The notes beneath the pieces are model-generated. The model did no database searches, was not told the origin of the DNA, and worked only from the letters and a program-made list of their open reading frames with translations. The position numbers and the translations under genes are program-made. A DNA stretch of 63,245 nt, the filler included, from Asterionella formosa (lineage: Eukaryota): the NCBI GenBank assembly GCA_002256025.1. It is 19 parts of 19 records of this genome, joined end to end, with 100 filler letters (N's around TTAATTAATTAA, not from the genome) between each part and the next. Parts side by side here need not be neighbours in the genome. Positions count along the whole stretch, not along the records: positions 13,379 to 16,619 come from NKIB01014327.1; positions 16,720 to 19,959 come from NKIB01014328.1; positions 20,060 to 23,297 come from NKIB01014329.1; positions 23,398 to 26,635 come from NKIB01014330.1; 15 more parts are not named here. The stretch is one strand, 5' to 3'. Each line of letters begins with the position of its first letter. Position 1 is the first letter of the stretch. Positions 13,279 through 26,635 of this stretch are shown here, one piece after another.

Positions 13279-15042
13279 NNNNNNNNNNNNNNNNNNNNNN
13301 NNNNNNNNNNNNNNNNNNNNNNTTAATTAATTAANNNNNNNNNNNNNNNNNNNNNNNNNNNNNNNNNNNNNNNNNNNNTGTATTCAGATAATATATAGAT
13401 ATATTCAAGTAAGCATTTTGATGTATTCAACTAATTCATGTGATCCATTCAAAATCAACTAGGCTTATTTACGTGATGGTCACTTCACGTAATACGCGGC
13501 TTAGATGCAGCTGAATGCAGTGAATATTATTTTAGCTCGTCCACTCCATTTCTCAACCTTTGAGCTTAATTATGATGTCTGAAATGCAATTAAAAATATG
13601 ACAATTGTTGTTCAGTATTGAAGTCGCTGTAACATTGGTTGAATAATTATGTTCTTATCTAGCATTTTTTTCCAAAACATCATAAATTTACTCGATTATA
13701 CATTGATTCTCAGTTCAAAATCTTCAAAACATTGGCCATCAGTTTTTAGGTGATACTTGCTTAAACATTACCATGAATCGGACTAAAATAATCTGAGTCG
13801 TAGCATGTGGTAAATCAAGATGACTGTCAGATTTTAGGTTGTACCAGGGTACATGGTACTCCTGGCTGAGTATGACCGCAACTTGTGGTCATTCATCTGA
13901 AACTGAAATTTTGCACCGGCAGGTAGTAAAATTCGATTCCTCCGGTAATATTAAGTCAATAAATGGAATTTCTAATGGCTGGCTCATTAATTTCAAGAAT
14001 GATTTTCTGAAAAAACCATTGGAGGTTGGTAAACAGTATGCATATTCAACTGTATGATCGCTCAACTATGCGCCGTTGCACGCACTAGCTCGCCAGCGTG
14101 TGTATTTTATTATTGGGTCACCAGGCATGAATATCCGCGATTTCAACATAGTTATTTCAGCTCATCTCCCATAACTTGCTGGTACCACCTAAGAATGACA
14201 CTCAAACCTTGCTTATGGGTCAGTTTTTACTTAGAGTCGTCATGAAACAGGGTAATCACACGTTGTGGGCCAAATATTTAAGATAAGTTGATTCTCTTTC
14301 AGACAAAGCCATTTATTGGAATGTATGAAGGAGAAACGTTCATACTTGTAAGCTAGACTTTCGTGCCCATTCTTGAGATGTTTATGCCGGAATGTTTTAC
14401 CTTGTTGAGCTGGCTGGCAATGTATTTTGATACTTGAGGGGATATTTCAGCTAATTTGATTGTTTGTTGATTCTTTGTTTATTATTTGGTGTCTTTTTTT
14501 CTACATTGATTGACATATATTGATCATCGATGTCACACGGGGTGATCCAGTGCGCCGTCCATTCCAGTGTATAAATAATCACTTTTTACATCATGTTTGT
14601 GATGATACCAGAAAAAATGCGTTTTTTATTAGTTATTTAGACATAAGTATACTAAACTCCTCGTCATCAATAATTTAATTATTAGCATCTAAATAAAATA
14701 TTCAAAACCAATAAACCAATTTAACATACATATATTGATAGCGTACATGTACTCAAATATTTTCAAGAAACTGAATGCAACTTGTCATTATGATATCTAT
14801 AACATGAATAGATCACATGTCATTTCATATCCATTCTTCGGTTGTTGCACTGACAAGGACCATACTACCACCGGACATTTAACGGGTCCAATAATCAAAA
14901 TGAGCATACTGTCGTTTTTTCCTTCCCGTCATCGCCACTTTCGCAGTTGCACATTCTATGTTCAAAGGCAAGTTAACGTTGTTCTACTGTTGTGTCCTAC
15001 TTAGTTTGTATGTCGAGAATAGATGGTTCGAAGAAAAACGGG

Positions 15043-15152
15043 TCCTCATGCATCTGCTTTTTCTCGAGATGGCCATAAGTGAAATCGAAAAAGCCCGTCC
15101 TCATGCATCTGCATTTTTCTCGAGATGACCATAAGTGAAATCGAAAAATCCC
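15043..15152. repeat. Two-copy tandem repeat of about 56 bp
   Basis: CCTCATGCATCTGC(T/A)TTTT(T)CTCGAGATG(G/A)CCATAAGTGAAATCGAAAAA occurs twice. Confidence 0.85.
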
Positions 15153-15419
15153 AAAAACGTTTTTATGAAAGGTAGTTGCCGATTTAAAATTATCTGCATA
15201 TATATGATACATGGATCTGTACCTAACAGCAAGGCACACATTAGGGCAATTAAACCGGAGAAAATCGTAGGAGTTAAAATGGCCTGAGAGAAATTTTAAG
15301 ATTTGACGCAATTTTTTTAGCCCAAATGGAGTACCAGGTACCATTAGTTGATAGACATCTAAAAACTGCTTTGAACCTCTATCGAAATTATTTCACCGCT
15401 TTTAACCTCTATACGTTAT

Positions 15420-16350
15420 GCATAGAATAACACGTTTTGTCATGAATTTCTGATACTTTACAAATTTGAATCTCTGACTTGCCAATATGCCATATTGGCA
15501 AGTCAGAGATTCCAGCCAGCAGAATGGAAGTTTCAAGATGAACATTGGTAAAGCAAAGAAACATTCACTTACAAAGAAGTTGCAGAAAGACCTCCCATAG
15601 TATTTAATTAAAAAGTAAAATATCATCAGCATTGTAAATTCGGCTTGGCGACTCTCCTTTGCCACAATAGCATCAAATTGTACTGCAATATGAGGCTGGG
15701 GACCCCTCAACTAAAGTTGTTTGCCGGAGACAGAAATACAGCTGACATCGTGTGGGGAAAAATATCCAATTGGCAACACAAATATACTACTCCCTGATGA
15801 TTTCAACCTTTCTACCGTACTTTCTGGAATGCTGACTTTTTTAATTGTTGAACACAGAAATCATGAGAGTGCAAGGAATGGAGTTAATGCGACAGAGCAG
15901 ATACAAAACAAGCGAAAGGCAACAGCACAAACAGCCATCGACAATCACAAGAAGCTTTCCTCAGGTTTGATTTTTAAAAGCGGCACCTGCAGATTGATTC
16001 CTGAAATGCTTGACAAGACGATTGAATCAAAACAGATTACAGCAAACGTCCAAACTGCAGAGGAGATAGCTGTCCAGCAACGATATGACGCCCTTCTGAA
16101 TCACGTGGATACTGTAAGAGCAAGCCCAAAGGAAAAAGAAGCCTTCAACAATTCTTAGTTGAGAACCATTGTGTTGTGGTAGAAACGTGATGTTGATGCA
16201 GCCATTCCGAAAAATGACTGGAGCTTCTTGAAAGGTACTATATTCCATTTTTTATGAGAGAAGAATTGTCCAGGCCCCCTTCCTTCCCTCCGACAGTGGT
16301 GGTGCAGGTAGAAGGAATGGAAGGGGGTAAGGGCCAGAAAGCGGTGTTCA
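15420..16350 (+). mobile_element. Internally deleted DNA-transposon derivative retaining the C-terminus of a Tc1/mariner-pogo-like transposase (copy 1)
   Basis: IISIVNSAWRLSFATIASNCTAI*GWGPLN..EIQLT resembles the AW..F..GW.P post-catalytic motif; high similarity to the reverse complement of 27990-28865. Confidence 0.6.
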
Positions 16351-16849
16351 ATGATGAATTTTCATTGGAAGAATGATATATATGTTTTTAAGTGATTTCA
16401 TAATAATAATTATGAAACCTTGTAATCCATCTTCCCTGTAGAACATAAATTAATTCTATGGTATTAAGATATTTTTATATACTGCTTTGAATCTCTATTA
16501 TGGATAAATGCATCATTATAAACAATCATATATTCTGTTGTTGATGGAATCTGGTTGAATCATTTGTCCAATCATAATCCCCCACCTCTCGTGAACATCT
16601 GGAGCATCTATGATGATTGNNNNNNNNNNNNNNNNNNNNNNNNNNNNNNNNNNNNNNNNNNNNTTAATTAATTAANNNNNNNNNNNNNNNNNNNNNNNNN
16701 NNNNNNNNNNNNNNNNNNNCAGAGAGCAAAAATTGCATAATGTTGCCTCAGCCTTGACCCTGACAAAGATTTGTTTACTACCTAAATTGTTATTAAATAT
16801 TTTATCTACTAGGCAGTAATTCCATGGTTTGCATGTTAACATGCATATT

Positions 16850-18700
16850 AGTACTCTTTTACTTGGACGTTCCAATTCTCTTTCAAGAATGATTCAAAAA
16901 CCGAAGAAGTTCAAGTGAGGGTAATGAGTCAGCCATTCCATGGAACTTGGGTATATGGTATGCGACAGAAGAAACCAGTTCACGTTGTTCTCCAGTTGCT
17001 CTTTTTGTCACAGTAAGATATCTTCGAATTTATTTGTCTAGGATTAGTACTAAACACTCTTCAGTGTAATAACCCCATATTCAGATTGTCATTAGATTAA
17101 ATACTTAGCCATAATAATATTGTTAAGTCTGACTCAACTTTTTAAAATTTGGGACCCATCATGCCACCCATGGCGAAGATTGTAAATAGACACAAGCCTG
17201 GAATTTCCTACCCGGAAATTTTTGTAATACTGTAAGTCCCGCCCTGTATGATGTTCTAGGAATGTTACGATCACTTTGTCTTTCTAGATGTCCATTGATC
17301 AATCTTGCTATCATTTCAAATTAAATTATCCAACTTCGGTCTTGACTGTTGCCAATGTAGGTATCTTTCTTGTTCTGAACGAGAATCACCAACAGTAATG
17401 GGTATTTTCCCCTCACTGTAAGTTTTCCTTGGATGTCTCCTTTTGTTCATTGGTTTCTTGTTGAGGTACATCTGGACATGCTCGTTTGTTGAAGAATTGT
17501 TTCCAAACATCAGTAACAGATCTGTAATTGTAAAGTGACTCTAGAATGTACGGCATCATTCCAATTAGAAATTGGTGTAGGGTTTCGAAAGGTGTGGTAG
17601 CACATGGACCCCTGTATATTACCACCGAAATAGTGGTAAAAAAGTGCCGGAATAATGGTGTTTTGTGATATTTTTCTACGCCATTCTTCTTTTGTCGCAA
17701 ATTTTTAGCGATTTTGCTTGATGTCAAAGTAAGAAGGTAAATATGGTAACTTTCCATCTGAATGATAACTGTTATTCGGAACCCAGTCCAAATATGGTTT
17801 AGTGTATGTCACAAGCCGTGGTTTGCATTTAGATTCTGGATTATCCAAGTCAGGAGTAGTAGTAACTGTACAATCTCTACAGGAATGAAGTCTGTATTTC
17901 CCATTCCCTCCTCTGACACCACATATTTTATTGTGTTCATCTGTATCACCAAATTATCATACCGATTTGAAAAAACCTTTGTTTTAACAAATCCATGAAC
18001 AAACAATTCGTAAAACTTGTCGGGATCACGAAATGGTTCCAATAGAAAGCCCGTGGATTGGTGAAATTGGGCTAAACATTCTTTGCTCAAATCTGATAGA
18101 TTTGATTTTTTCCAAGTCACCAACTTCTATGTCAGGTAACAACGACACCAACTGCCATGCTTACACCTTTTTCCTACATTCAATAGACAAATTGAGCATT
18201 GTTATTAGCAATGGATGTTCTGAATGTTTTTGCATTTTGTCAATTGCAGATCCATCATTAAATAAAAAGTATGATACCCACAAATAGGTGGCCGTTTTTG
18301 AGTTTCCCATCTTCTGAAGCTGGAGAATCATCAAAAGCAGAATGAAACCATTCTGCAGAAGTTGCTTCATCGTCTATGCATTTCCCACAAGTTGTGATTT
18401 TTTCTTGTGGGTAGTAGACAAAATGTTGCATGATGTCAGGATCTCGTAGCATGGAACTCAGTAAAGCAACATGATCAAAATAATGGAGAGTGCATGGCAA
18501 TTGAAATCCTGAATTAGTTTCACTATGCCATTGTTTTACCAGCAACTTTCCACCACTAAGTGATGGAGGAAACCATGTGTTCATATGTATTTTTAATGAC
18601 TGGTGTGATGGTGCATGATCCCTTTCTGGAAATAACCCACATCACGGACCTTAAAAGCACAATTCATTATATGATCAAAGAGTGAAGGTGGCAAGAAATT
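16850..18700 (-). pseudogene. Plavaka-type (CMC-related) transposase, heavily degraded
   Basis: YFDHVALLSSMLRDPDI, ATSAEWF, LFVGIILF/NDGSAIDKMQKHSEHPLLITMLNLSIECRKK..AWQLVSLLP, TPFETLHQFLIG; many frameshifts. Confidence 0.7.
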
Positions 18701-19039
18701 TTCGTTGAGAAATAACATGAGCTCCAACTCGATGGGTGGGGTCCATTGCTAATGTTTCCCTACTGGGAATGCCCAATTTTTTGGAGAGGAATATGTTCCG
18801 ATTGATCCAACAAAAATCCTTCTTTGTTCCTTGAAACGGAATCAGTGATACTGACGTTTTCACATTGTCAGGCAATTATCATTTCCGTTGTCTGCGCCTG
18901 TAGGGCACTAATTTTATTGGCATGTATTACTTCTTTTTTATGGTGCATACATCCAAGCAACACCATATATATCAATATGCGGCACCAGACAGAAACTAAT
19001 ATCTTTCTTTTTTCTTTGATACTAGTTGCCACTGACTTA

Positions 19040-19959
19040 CCGTATACTTCATTGTCCTGGACCCTCCAATGTACACTGCCGTGACTGAATTGACTGATTT
19101 TACTTAAGCAAGGGGGGTCCAGGACAATGGAGAGATTTCCCTTATACTAGTCCTAAGTTAATTTTATTAGTTCTACAGGATGGCGCGCATTTTTCTAATA
19201 TATATTAATATGATCACTGTTTCCGAAAAGTGAAAAATGAGAAAGCTCTTCACCTTGCAAGAAAAGCGCGACATCGTGGATGAAGCATGGGAACTCCCCA
19301 GCATCATCAAGGCTGTTGCACGTAAGTATGGCATTGGCGCCAGCAATATTCGGCGCTGGAAAGCTAACTTTCATGATTTCGACAATCGTTATTCTGATGT
19401 AGAAGGTTTATTGTCGGATGAGGGGCGTCTCCTTCTGAAAAAAAACTTTTCATTTAGGCAAGTCGCGTAGCAATAGTGCAACTGAATTTGCGGCGATTCG
19501 TCTCTTGTATGATCGCGCTTGTTCGATCATGTTGCTTGCTGCTGAGCTGAAGCGCTTGTTGGGACATGTTGTTAGCTTGAGCGTTATTCAACAGTGTGTA
19601 GCTCGTTGGTGCACATCCCAAAACATTGTGTATCGCCGTATCACCCACAAGGCATAAAACACGCGCTATGTACTGAGTGTCATGCAGGAGTATCTCCAGT
19701 ACATAAATGCACAGTTTCTTGAAGGGTCGTATCATCGTGCTAGTATCGTAAATATAGATGAGACAAACATTTATTTCGATATGGCAGGCGGGCTCACGCT
19801 AGCTGATAAAGGTGCGAAAACCATCAGTTTATGCACCAATGGTAGCAGCATGCGTTGCACAGTGTTGTTGGGTGTTACCATGTCTGGAGAGAAGCTTGCT
19901 CCTCTTGTTGTTTTCAAAGGAGTACCTGATGCCAGGATCCAGCGAGAATTCAACAATCA
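19040..19959 (+). mobile_element. pogo/Tc2-like (DDE_1) DNA transposon, left end with frameshifted transposase
   Basis: TA|CCGTATACTTCATTGTCCTGGACCC terminus; HTH LQEKRDIV..VARKYGIGASNIRRWK (19237); IVNIDETNIYFDM..RCTVLLGVTMSGEKLAPLVVFKG. Confidence 0.88.
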
Positions 19960-20059
19960 NNNNNNNNNNNNNNNNNNNNNNNNNNNNNNNNNNNNNNNNN
20001 NNNTTAATTAATTAANNNNNNNNNNNNNNNNNNNNNNNNNNNNNNNNNNNNNNNNNNNN

Positions 20060-22206
20060 CAAGAATGAATCTGACAAGGAAACAAGGGATAGACAGATGA
20101 GTTTGATCAACCCAATATTATCTGGCCAGATTCATGTAGCAATCACAGACGACCAAGGAATTTCACAGAAGAAGAGGGAAGCTGCTCCAAGAGTTGTTAT
20201 TAGGGAATGGTTGGACAAGGAGAATAGTCCTGCACCCTTTTATTTTAGTGGTATGGTCTATAAGGACTACACAACATACTTGAGCTCTAATTTGAAGAAT
20301 AATGGTGTGCCTTTGAAGGGAAAAGTTTATATGAACAAGTGATTAATCTTGAACAATCTGTTCAAGCGCCACAAGTTCAGGGCAAGTGACGATTTTTCAG
20401 AGAATGTGGAAAAGTACATGGAAGGAGTTGCACGCGTTGTGTCAATGGCTGCACAGGAAGGCCTGCCTTGGTTCTGTGGAAATGGGCAAACGAGAAATTA
20501 CTTTCGAGGTTTATGAAAAATCGATGATATGGCTACTTGAGGAGAGGTCACATGAGGGTATTTTTGGTCGTGCTTTCATGTCATTGACTTGGAATTTGAT
20601 GTGTAGGGGATTAAATACCTGTGTGTGCTTGAAGCATCTTATGTGGAGGGCTGATGCATTTGAAATTTCATTTTCACATGTTAAGAATGACCCTGCAGGA
20701 TCAAGGAACTGGCATCCCCGCCATATTTACACAAACCCTGACAATTATCATGTGTGCTGTGTGACTGCTGTTACAGAGTACCTGTTGTGCTTTCCGCAGC
20801 TCTTCCAGGATAGGAATGGTATGCTATTCCCAGGTCCCAAGCAAGAGGAACGATTTGGGGCTATCCTACTTCGTGTGCTAGAAAAGCACAAGGATGAGCT
20901 ACTTGAACTTGGCTATGAACCTAATGACATAGGTGTACATTCCATTAGGAAATGTGCAGGCACATATGCTTCTAGTGGTACAACTGCAGCTCCTTCTAGT
21001 GTTTCAGTCAATAACCGGGGTGGGTGGACTTTGGGAGGTGTACGTGATGTTTATATGCTGTATGAGCGTGCTGGTGACCAGTATGTAGGTCGAATTTTGA
21101 GTGGTATGAATGTACTATCTGCTAAGTTTGGCGCTTCTGCACCGGATTAAATTATCATGGTACTGTTGGTGTTCCCGAGGCAGTGGCTATTGTGAAAAAA
21201 AACAGATGGATTTGAATCAAAAGGTTTCTACCATGTTGAAAGCATGTTTTGGAGAACTACAGGGCAGCAGGATTTAGTGTGCATCAGAAAGACACTACAG
21301 TTTGGAATAGCATCAATGCTTCACCATTTTGATGCTGCAAATGAATTCCACACCAATTCACCACTTGCAATGTCGCCTATTTTCAGGAAACAAGAATTTA
21401 TTGAATTGCGGGATTCTGTCAGAGTAGTGTATCCTTGGGAAAATGATACTAGCATTGCACAGAAGTGTGTTATGAAGCTGACTGGAGTTCCGCCTCATGT
21501 TGTCCAGCTTGCTGCAATTGAGCAGATCAAGACCATTGTTTCAGAAATACAGCCAGGTGTATTAGAAGGTGTCGAAAAAATGTTGGATGACCGTACCATG
21601 GGTGGGACATTATCAGAGACTAGAATGAAGTCCGTTTTGGAAGAAAGTCGAAAAAAGTTTGTTGAGGAGCTACTAGATCAAAGGATGCCAACAACAGCAA
21701 ACAATATGCAATGGTCAGCTACTGGCAATGGTACAGATCATACTGAATTGATGGGTGAACACAAAATTTGGATTCACAAGGGAAAGTTTAGACGGGTTCC
21801 TCCAAACTGGAAATTCCCAAAATGCGGCCTCCTTGTTGCATACAAACTATGGCACACAAAGGATACAGTGTCGGGGCAGTGTGCCATGAAGTTTTCGAAG
21901 CCCATGGATGTTGATTTTTTGACATATGGGAGGCGAAGGCTAGAGGAATTCACGCTTCTTATGAGAAGGTTAGATTTGGCTGCACATGAAAAAGGGTTGC
22001 TACATCAGGAGATGTCAGATTTGCATTGTAGGAAAGCATTTGATATTTTGGCTAGTTCATTGGGAGTTCCTACATTTACTCCAAAGGGCCGACGCCAGCA
22101 TCTAGAGCGCACAAAGTGGCCTACCTATCTCAGAATCATGCCTAACAAGGTTCGTGTTCTTGGTGCAAAGCCGCATTTCTTCAGTAGCTACCAATCAGAT
22201 TTCTGA
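20060..22206 (+). mobile_element. Crypton (CryptonS-like) tyrosine-recombinase transposon ORF, disrupted
   Basis: WNLMCR (catalytic R), KND, RHIYTNP, DIGVHSIRK (HxxR), NRGGW, VRDVY (Y nucleophile), AGDQYVGRILSG; downstream LTGVPPHV and RRVPPNWKFP; stops/frameshifts at about 20340 and 21150. Confidence 0.85.
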
Positions 22207-22666
22207 CAAGCAATGCCTTTGAACATGGAGTTGGTCAAGAGGTTTAGGTGAATTAATTATCTTACAAATTCATATAACTGCTATTCAATTATTGAAGTAG
22301 ACATACCGGTACTATATTAGCTATATATTGAAATTTCACGAGGTGAAGCATAATATCAGTGCTTTCTGTATTAGGGTTGTATGGATGGGTGTGGTCTGCC
22401 CGAGGTAGAAGTCATTCTCGTGTGTACATTTTGTACTGACGGTTTGACCTAAAATTCAGGATGTGAATAAGAAGGTGGAAGTATACATAGGTTTGCCGGT
22501 AGTTCAATGGACCAGATATCTGGTGCCGGATATCTCCACGGATATAATAATCATAAGAATAAATAATTCCACATGGACATTAAAAGTCGCTACACATTGG
22601 TCGTTCCTCAGCTACATCTAAGACGCCGTTTACGGCACTTTTTCGAATTTATGTGTAAAGTGACGT

Positions 22667-22748
22667 ATTTATGCTACTTTTTTAAAATATTATGTTACTT
22701 TTCTAAAATATTATGTTACTTTTTTGAAATATTATGCTACTTTTTCCC
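22667..22748. repeat. About 21-22 bp tandem repeat, 4 copies (TTATG(C/T)TACTTTTT..AAATA)
   Basis: Visible directly; related ATTATGCTGCT motifs at about 22875 and 22896. Confidence 0.85.
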
Positions 22749-25700
22749 TAATTTATTCGGGTTAAACAAAAATTTATTTCACTTATCGAATAATTATGTG
22801 ATCACACCAATAATTATGTGTGTTCGTGACAATATATGTTGACCAACTAGCCATCGCAACAGTTTAAAAGCGAAATTATGCTGCTCTGCCGCAATATTAT
22901 GCTGCTTTCACCATATAATGAACGAAAGAGTCGCCAATTCCGATTCACTTTTTATTTTTTCCGCTCCGACATATTTCTTTGATCTGAACTGGCAAAGAAT
23001 AACACATGCAAGAGGAAGATTCACACTGTAGAATTCAGCACACGTAGTAGTAGTTGATGTTATAGACACATAATTAAGTCATTGTTGATTGTAGAGATTA
23101 CAATAGCCTGCCAGATTGGAAATAAAGCACCGTTGGTACTTGTTGAACATCGTTGAGCATTGCATGTCTCCGTAGTGAATCGAAATTGAGATGTGCCACA
23201 ATGGCCTTCTCCGTCTCGGAGCAGCTACAAATAGTCTACAGCGATAACTCTAGCAAGTACAATATAGAAAAAGAACCAGAGGATGAGTAGCTGACAANNN
23301 NNNNNNNNNNNNNNNNNNNNNNNNNNNNNNNNNNNNNNNNNTTAATTAATTAANNNNNNNNNNNNNNNNNNNNNNNNNNNNNNNNNNNNNNNNNNNNTTG
23401 ACAAATAGGTACCTACGGGAAAAGGAAGCAATGCTTTCAGCATCATCAATCTAGCTATACACAAGCCTGCGCCACCTGATGTCGTCAATATAGCTACCTC
23501 GACTTCATCAATGAAGAAGTCAATAGGTGGAGCATGTGAGGAAAATCGGGGTTGAGGTTTTCTTGACGCCAACGTGGACCTGCTTGGCTGAACTCCTTGC
23601 AGATGAAGGCATTGAGTAACCTGGGCCTGTGAAGCCAAAGGATGAAGAAAAATCTACGACAAGGGTGGTGAGATAGTGTTTAGGAGGAGGGGGGAGCTAA
23701 AGATTTCATAGCTGAATGCATTTGAAACTTGTATAGACAATAAATGGTGGAATACCATGGCTGCTCTTGCTTGGCTGACAGCTGCCAAGTCAAGTACAAA
23801 CACAACAAGAGAGGGTGCACAAAAGTAAAAAATCAACAGCAGGGCATATATGCTGATGCACTGCTCCTTGTGTATACTAGCTACATTTGATCATTTCCAT
23901 ATTTCATACTATACAGGTGCATGGATGACTCCTCCCGCCCTTTCATTAGATATGTAGCCATATTGCGATAATTCTACAGGACCTATAGGATTGGTAGTCT
24001 GGTGGTCATCATTTCCGCATTGTATATACCAGTAGGAGTCACCATGTATGCATGCATGCTGCGATAATTCTTACAAGACATAAAAATTTGGTAGCTTGGG
24101 GGTTATCACTTCTGGACTGTACACAGGGGGGGAAGGGGTTGCATGCATGAGCATCGAATACTATGGTATAAAATATGATCTTTAATCAATGAATTTAGAT
24201 TCGTTTATCCTATAACTTTGATCATAACATATTGATCATATGATGAACGGTCTCGTTGATGAGAAAATGAATGATCAACATTTATTTTCAAGGATCAGGA
24301 TCAATTGATCTTAGAAATATGATCAAATGATCCTATACACATGAGCATATTCAGTTTTTCTCTGCACTATTGTGGTATTTCCATGATGGAAGTAATTACC
24401 AGCAATTATACAGTACTACCGGTAGGCCATATGAATTTTGGCCATTATGTCTTTATACATAAATGTATGATTTCGACAATTTGAAAAATTTGTGATGACT
24501 CCCGTTTATTAAGGGGCTTAATTTAATCAGCCACTGACTTGTAGGTACAAGAATTGACACAACGCAAATTGAAAAAACTCAACAGGTCGTGGAAAACTAT
24601 GAACTCATCATGCATTGTATATATTTGAATTATGTATAATCAAAATTGATGAAAGTATACACAGGATGTGCCGTATAATGAGCGTGTTTCAAACTATGCA
24701 AATGTTCAACTTTATATACATTTAAACTTCTTACAAATCTTTATATATATGTATTCATGGCTGAAAAATTTGAAATCATGTTTTCATGTTCCTTGTCATG
24801 CATACACTTTGCTCCTGAATTGAAGGATTAACACAGATGATGACGCCGAAAACGAAAGTGATAATACAGCACAATGATACTTGCGGCTTAGAAGAGAAGG
24901 GCGGAATCAATTGATGGTAAGTCAAGAGCAAATGCCTTTCATGTCGTTCCTTGCCATGCTGCATCCACTTCCTCAAATGAAGGATCTCAAGCAACACATG
25001 ATGCGAAAAACTGAAGTGACAATACAGCACGATAAGAATGAGTGAATATGATAGAGAAGGGCGGAATCAACAAGCTGTGCATAGCATCACGGTTTGTCAA
25101 GAGCAAATGACAAGATGATCAATTTCTGGGATTACAATTACGGAATGACTCGTCCCCTTTCAGTGATTCAATAGCTCCTTTTCGATTTGGTGACTGGCCA
25201 ACCATCAATGGCTGTGGACAAAAGAAATCAATATGTGCTGCCTATCAGCCATCTTTGGATCAATCCACAACTGTTAGAAAAACTGACACATATGTGTTGC
25301 TTCTTTTAGGATAATGGTAGACAATCAGTAGTATTTGTAAGTTACAAACAGCAGTGTTGGAGCCCATTTATTGATCGATACTTTGCTTCTCATTCAATCT
25401 TCGTTTGACACATTCTTCTACAGAAATATGCATCAGTTACTTCCTCAATTTGTGGTAAGTGGAGGCAGATAGAAGCGACATGAATGTTGTTGTGTAAGCA
25501 AAACATGAACAGCTAACAATGAATTGCTTCTCTTTGTTAGTATGGCTGATTGGAACAACGAAACGGATTCAATAATAGTGCGTGAATGCAAACTCAGATC
25601 CATCAGGAGTAAATGGAACAAAGCAAGCAGTGGAACAACGGCAAGGCAACCAGTACAACAACCTTCAGAATTGGATGGGGGGGGAAGGTGGAAGTGAAAG

Positions 25701-26470
25701 CGGCACCAGTAATGATTGCGATGTGAGCATTGTAGAACATTCTGTAGCCACTTAAGATATACTAGAATCATAGAACCATTCTTAGCTAAATATAGTTCTA
25801 AATTTCGATCGATTTCATCCTATTTTAGACAGTGATATCGATGAGAATTATGATCATGCTAAGATAGATGTATGACAAAAGTATACACATCATATGACTA
25901 TGTTTAACTAATTATATGATGCAATGGTATTATAACTATGATAGTCTCATCATACTTCAAGCTTGGTAAAAGTTTACTGCATGATTATAATTATATGATA
26001 CATTGATCATATTTTTGATCGAAAAACTATCATATATTTGAAAATCCTGTGCCACTTAGCATATGATACCCTTGATCATATTTTCATGATATTTTTTATT
26101 TACAGACGAATATACCAGAATGATTCTGTGCAAAGAATATGAAGTAAATTGTTTCCCTGAAATTCGTTAAAAGGAAAAGAAAAAGGGGAGAGACATCATT
26201 TGGTGGCAGTCCTTTGTGACATGAGCAGATTCCTTACCATTGTCTATGCTCTCGTTCCTTTCTTATCTTCACCACCCTAGATATTCACAGTCCTTTTGCA
26301 GCGTTCATATTCAAAAGTATCCCCTTTCCCAGTCAACCACCTACAAGGTTGAACACAAGGAAAAGACAAGAATGTTCGGTATTTGCATGCGTTCTCACCT
26401 ACTCCCTCACCATGAACGTACTATTGTCACCTTCTCTCCATAGTCGCTTCTACCTAAAGCCTGTCTCGGT

Positions 26471-26635
26471 CTATTCTTGTACAATTCCAGGTATCGACTC
26501 AGCAAATACCACTCTCAATGGTCTCTTGTCGAACCATCAACCTGCAAGATTGGATGCTAACTCTTTAGCTTCCTTGGTATTTGAAAACGTTGTGTAACAT
26601 GCTTTCATGCTGGGTGAACTCTTCAGCCTTCCTTG
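26471..26635 (-). pseudogene. Fragment of a C-terminal RRM/UHM (RBM39-like) with an in-frame stop
   Basis: CYTTFSNTKEAKELASNLAG*WFDKRPLRVVF resembles the UHM signature L.GRWF..R; the stop is a TGA at the Arg position. Confidence 0.4.

Noticed and set aside
14228..14254. Possible mariner-type right end (..GAGTCGTCATGAAACAGGG|TA)
   Set aside because: No matching left TIR or second copy in the window.
20386..21150. Phage or integron integrase, implying bacterial contamination
   Set aside because: Motif context (WNLMCR, HIYxNP, AGDQYVGR) fits eukaryotic Crypton; no prokaryotic gene organisation nearby.
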